Positions 5,001 to 5,442 of a stretch of DNA of 5,442 nt are shown piece by piece (position 1 is the first letter of the stretch; the number at the start of each line of letters is the position of its first letter). Below the pieces are notes generated by a model that saw only the letters and a program-made list of their open reading frames with translations, had not been told where the DNA came from and did not search any database. This DNA comes from an uncultured archaeon (lineage in GTDB: Archaea > Asgardarchaeota > Thorarchaeia > Thorarchaeales > Thorarchaeaceae). The stretch lies in assembly GCA_964354495.1 (NCBI GenBank), contig CAYHAA010000044.1, positions 1 to 5,442 on the forward strand, written 5' to 3'. The position numbers and the translations under genes are program-made.

Positions 5001-5442
5001 AGCTATGACCGCAGGGAAGATAAATTCCCAACGCCTCTATCGTTCTCCACGGAAGATACAGACTCAACCGGTTCAGGTAGTTCCACCATCTTCTCCAACA
5101 CAAGAGGCACCAATCATCGATAAAGATACACTAGAACATGAGTGGTTGTTTGGTGTCAAGTTCGAGAGCGACAATCAAGATATTCATTCCTGGTGGATGG
5201 TGGTTCAAGACCCCACCCATCCAGCAAGGATGCTCGTTGGTTGTTTCTCTGATGGGCCACCGGACAAGGATGGATTCCTCTGGGCCGAGAATAGGCACGA
5301 GATACTGACACAGTCCAGTCTGGATGAGATGCTCAGTTCCCTTCAGACCACAATGATTGGGAGGAAGACTGAGGAAGGACTAGAACTGTGGCTCTCCAGA
5401 GACTGTGAGGAGGCAGTCTATGCAGGGATTCTTGAGGTGAGG
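2056..5442 (+). CDS. Large multidomain protein: unknown N-domain + PD-(D/E)xK (RecB-like) nuclease + inactivated RadA/RecA-fold domain + unknown C-domain (3'-truncated; >=1129 aa from ATG 2056, 1120 from ATG 2083)
   Basis: Frame +1 is open from ATG 2056 (in-frame TAA at 2038-2040 upstream) to the last base, with no stop. Translation begins MKLLRYTSAMAQSRGRPVRPIPVHPERVISRAVKAG and ends ...RDCEEAVYAGILEVR. The start could be 2056 or 2083. Domain motifs are listed in separate features. Confidence 0.93.
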   Translation, partial: MKLLRYTSAMAQSRGRPVRPIPVHPERVISRAVKAGLSATIRLQRNIVNKRTKKYYERSFNNWSIRQQVYRITKERGTPDFSHVSKAEASIRDNTRLMFFENAAKYGFTEVSRQKNADDTVSPLNQRFNACGAVVRENSEIMFPFPEPVSFGTHTRRHGKARKEYRRAGYDGSSFAPQVILAHPDLPSLDFGDAVRSHNEYLSTFCAIHDVPVKETTNYSHLFYLLTRPYLEHLYSEFKCGKANFQKGVNWALRQVKELILEAGYQPTMYSKQTVTKEREFEESKSKEENKTFLKRNERAAREFYGNHPAVAELSRLRGILGDDKDTIDEKNKTSEEATKEDDDGLFTLQDVGYIRNEVAKRARVAGSIMHRRIAALFPSPWHLNDVIFSGDKYARSSDYIIISEVPLQTSYGAGKVDLILCERTISNDGKQVFWRPVFVLEIKTRLGQSWYVDANYKESEVRPDGSPLQRVVCEFPLSDYPLSDNLWDAIVKSTPSITAQKQLDVYCQALSENYRDGTQQELGHILRGVVVIESASDITEIRRVLEQLIVHGYESVKSRVRRIKRTVFTPPERDSSRIALVMDGQPGPNRQDDEMIQAPWGPAYTPFNAKKKTKREFLLYVTGHSPTSAGQSAAWNARYYHGLQFLHEMKKTQENTEFVWVDLASQFNEPRLAEARLRLRPRGYAEEELAKVQPDHIREFFESIKVKGYLDEVLSFLYRGREVPSFELKLKKNKRKVIVVTGADTIRDATPTSHRTRFSELIDYLLSGLPDDEKTTIVWFDAPVPSVEKSIPYSTRALNPYYDISPLRDVVTEIVWNLPIAPKGAVQPEKWGLPIIGDAPMHDDIRVIIRHSPTEFQIELIHAPLLRGWSKRFRNKGTGRIIRERELDDIVPDKTVRNRMKLLSLTMLPWLVKLQSNKTLVEDSIEILQEQFSHLENEFRRGTEPLDILRTVLTEPPCTPPSLLDLVRFRLPAAMDALSYQAMTAGKINSQRLYRSPRKIQTQPVQVVPPSSPTQEAPIIDKDTLEHEWLFGVKFESDNQDIHSWWMVVQDPTHPARMLVGCFSDGPPDKDGFLWAENRHEILTQSSLDEMLSSLQTTMIGRKTEEGLELWLSRDCEEAVYAGILEVR
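3154..3660 (+). other. PD-(D/E)xK / RecB-family nuclease domain within the large plus-strand CDS
   Basis: Ordered motif set, numbered from ATG 2056: G367-SIM-H371 (GxxxH helix); E405 (ISEVPL); G-K-V-D418-LIL; VL-E442-I-K444-T; Q503-L-D-V-Y507 (QLxxY); then hydrophobic strand LRGVVVIE. This matches the established RecB/AddB/Cas4-type PD-(D/E)xK signature with all catalytic residues present. Confidence 0.85.
3907..4656 (+). other. Degenerate (probably ATPase-dead) RadA/Rad51/RecA-fold domain
   Basis: FLLYVTGHSPTSAGQS (Walker A position, Lys replaced by Q632). FVWVDLASQFNEPRL has the same D,+5F,+9R,+10L spacing as Rad51 YIDTEGTFRPERL, with the catalytic Glu replaced by A665. KVIVVTGAD (Walker B position, Asp replaced by T742). 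PIIGDAPMHDDIRVIIR...IELIHAPLL resembles the archaeal RadA C-terminal core PIGGHILAHSATLRVYLR...IARLIDAPHL. Aligned by eye against remembered sequences. Confidence 0.62.

Overview
The window holds two long genes transcribed divergently from a 184-bp AT-rich spacer (1872-2055, ~32% GC by hand count). Both run off the window edges, so neither has a stop codon here and neither appears in the supplied ORF track; every ORF listed there is an antisense or alternative-frame shadow of these two. (1) Minus strand, 1871 to <1, >=623 aa: an unusually large TnpB/Cas12-like RuvC protein with intact RuvC-I (AGVDRG, D475) and RuvC-II (YFEDL, E585). Its pre-RuvC region is 474 aa; RuvC-III, the Zn-finger and any omega-RNA/CRISPR lie outside the window. 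(2) Plus strand, 2056 (or 2083) to >5442, >=1129 aa: a multidomain protein made of an unknown N-terminal domain, a charged linker, an apparently active RecB-like PD-(D/E)xK nuclease without Cas4 Fe-S cysteines, a RadA/Rad51-like RecA-fold domain with degenerate Walker A, catalytic Glu and Walker B, and an unknown C-terminal region. The spacer has archaeal-type signals (GGTGA Shine-Dalgarno, TATA boxes) and a perfect 9-bp inverted repeat between two back-to-back TATA-like boxes. No CRISPR array, cas1/cas2 or TnpA is visible. Working hypothesis (inference): an archaeal, possibly Asgard, two-gene module pairing an expanded RNA-guided RuvC nuclease with a nuclease/pseudo-recombinase partner. All motif comparisons were made by eye from manual translation; no searches were run.
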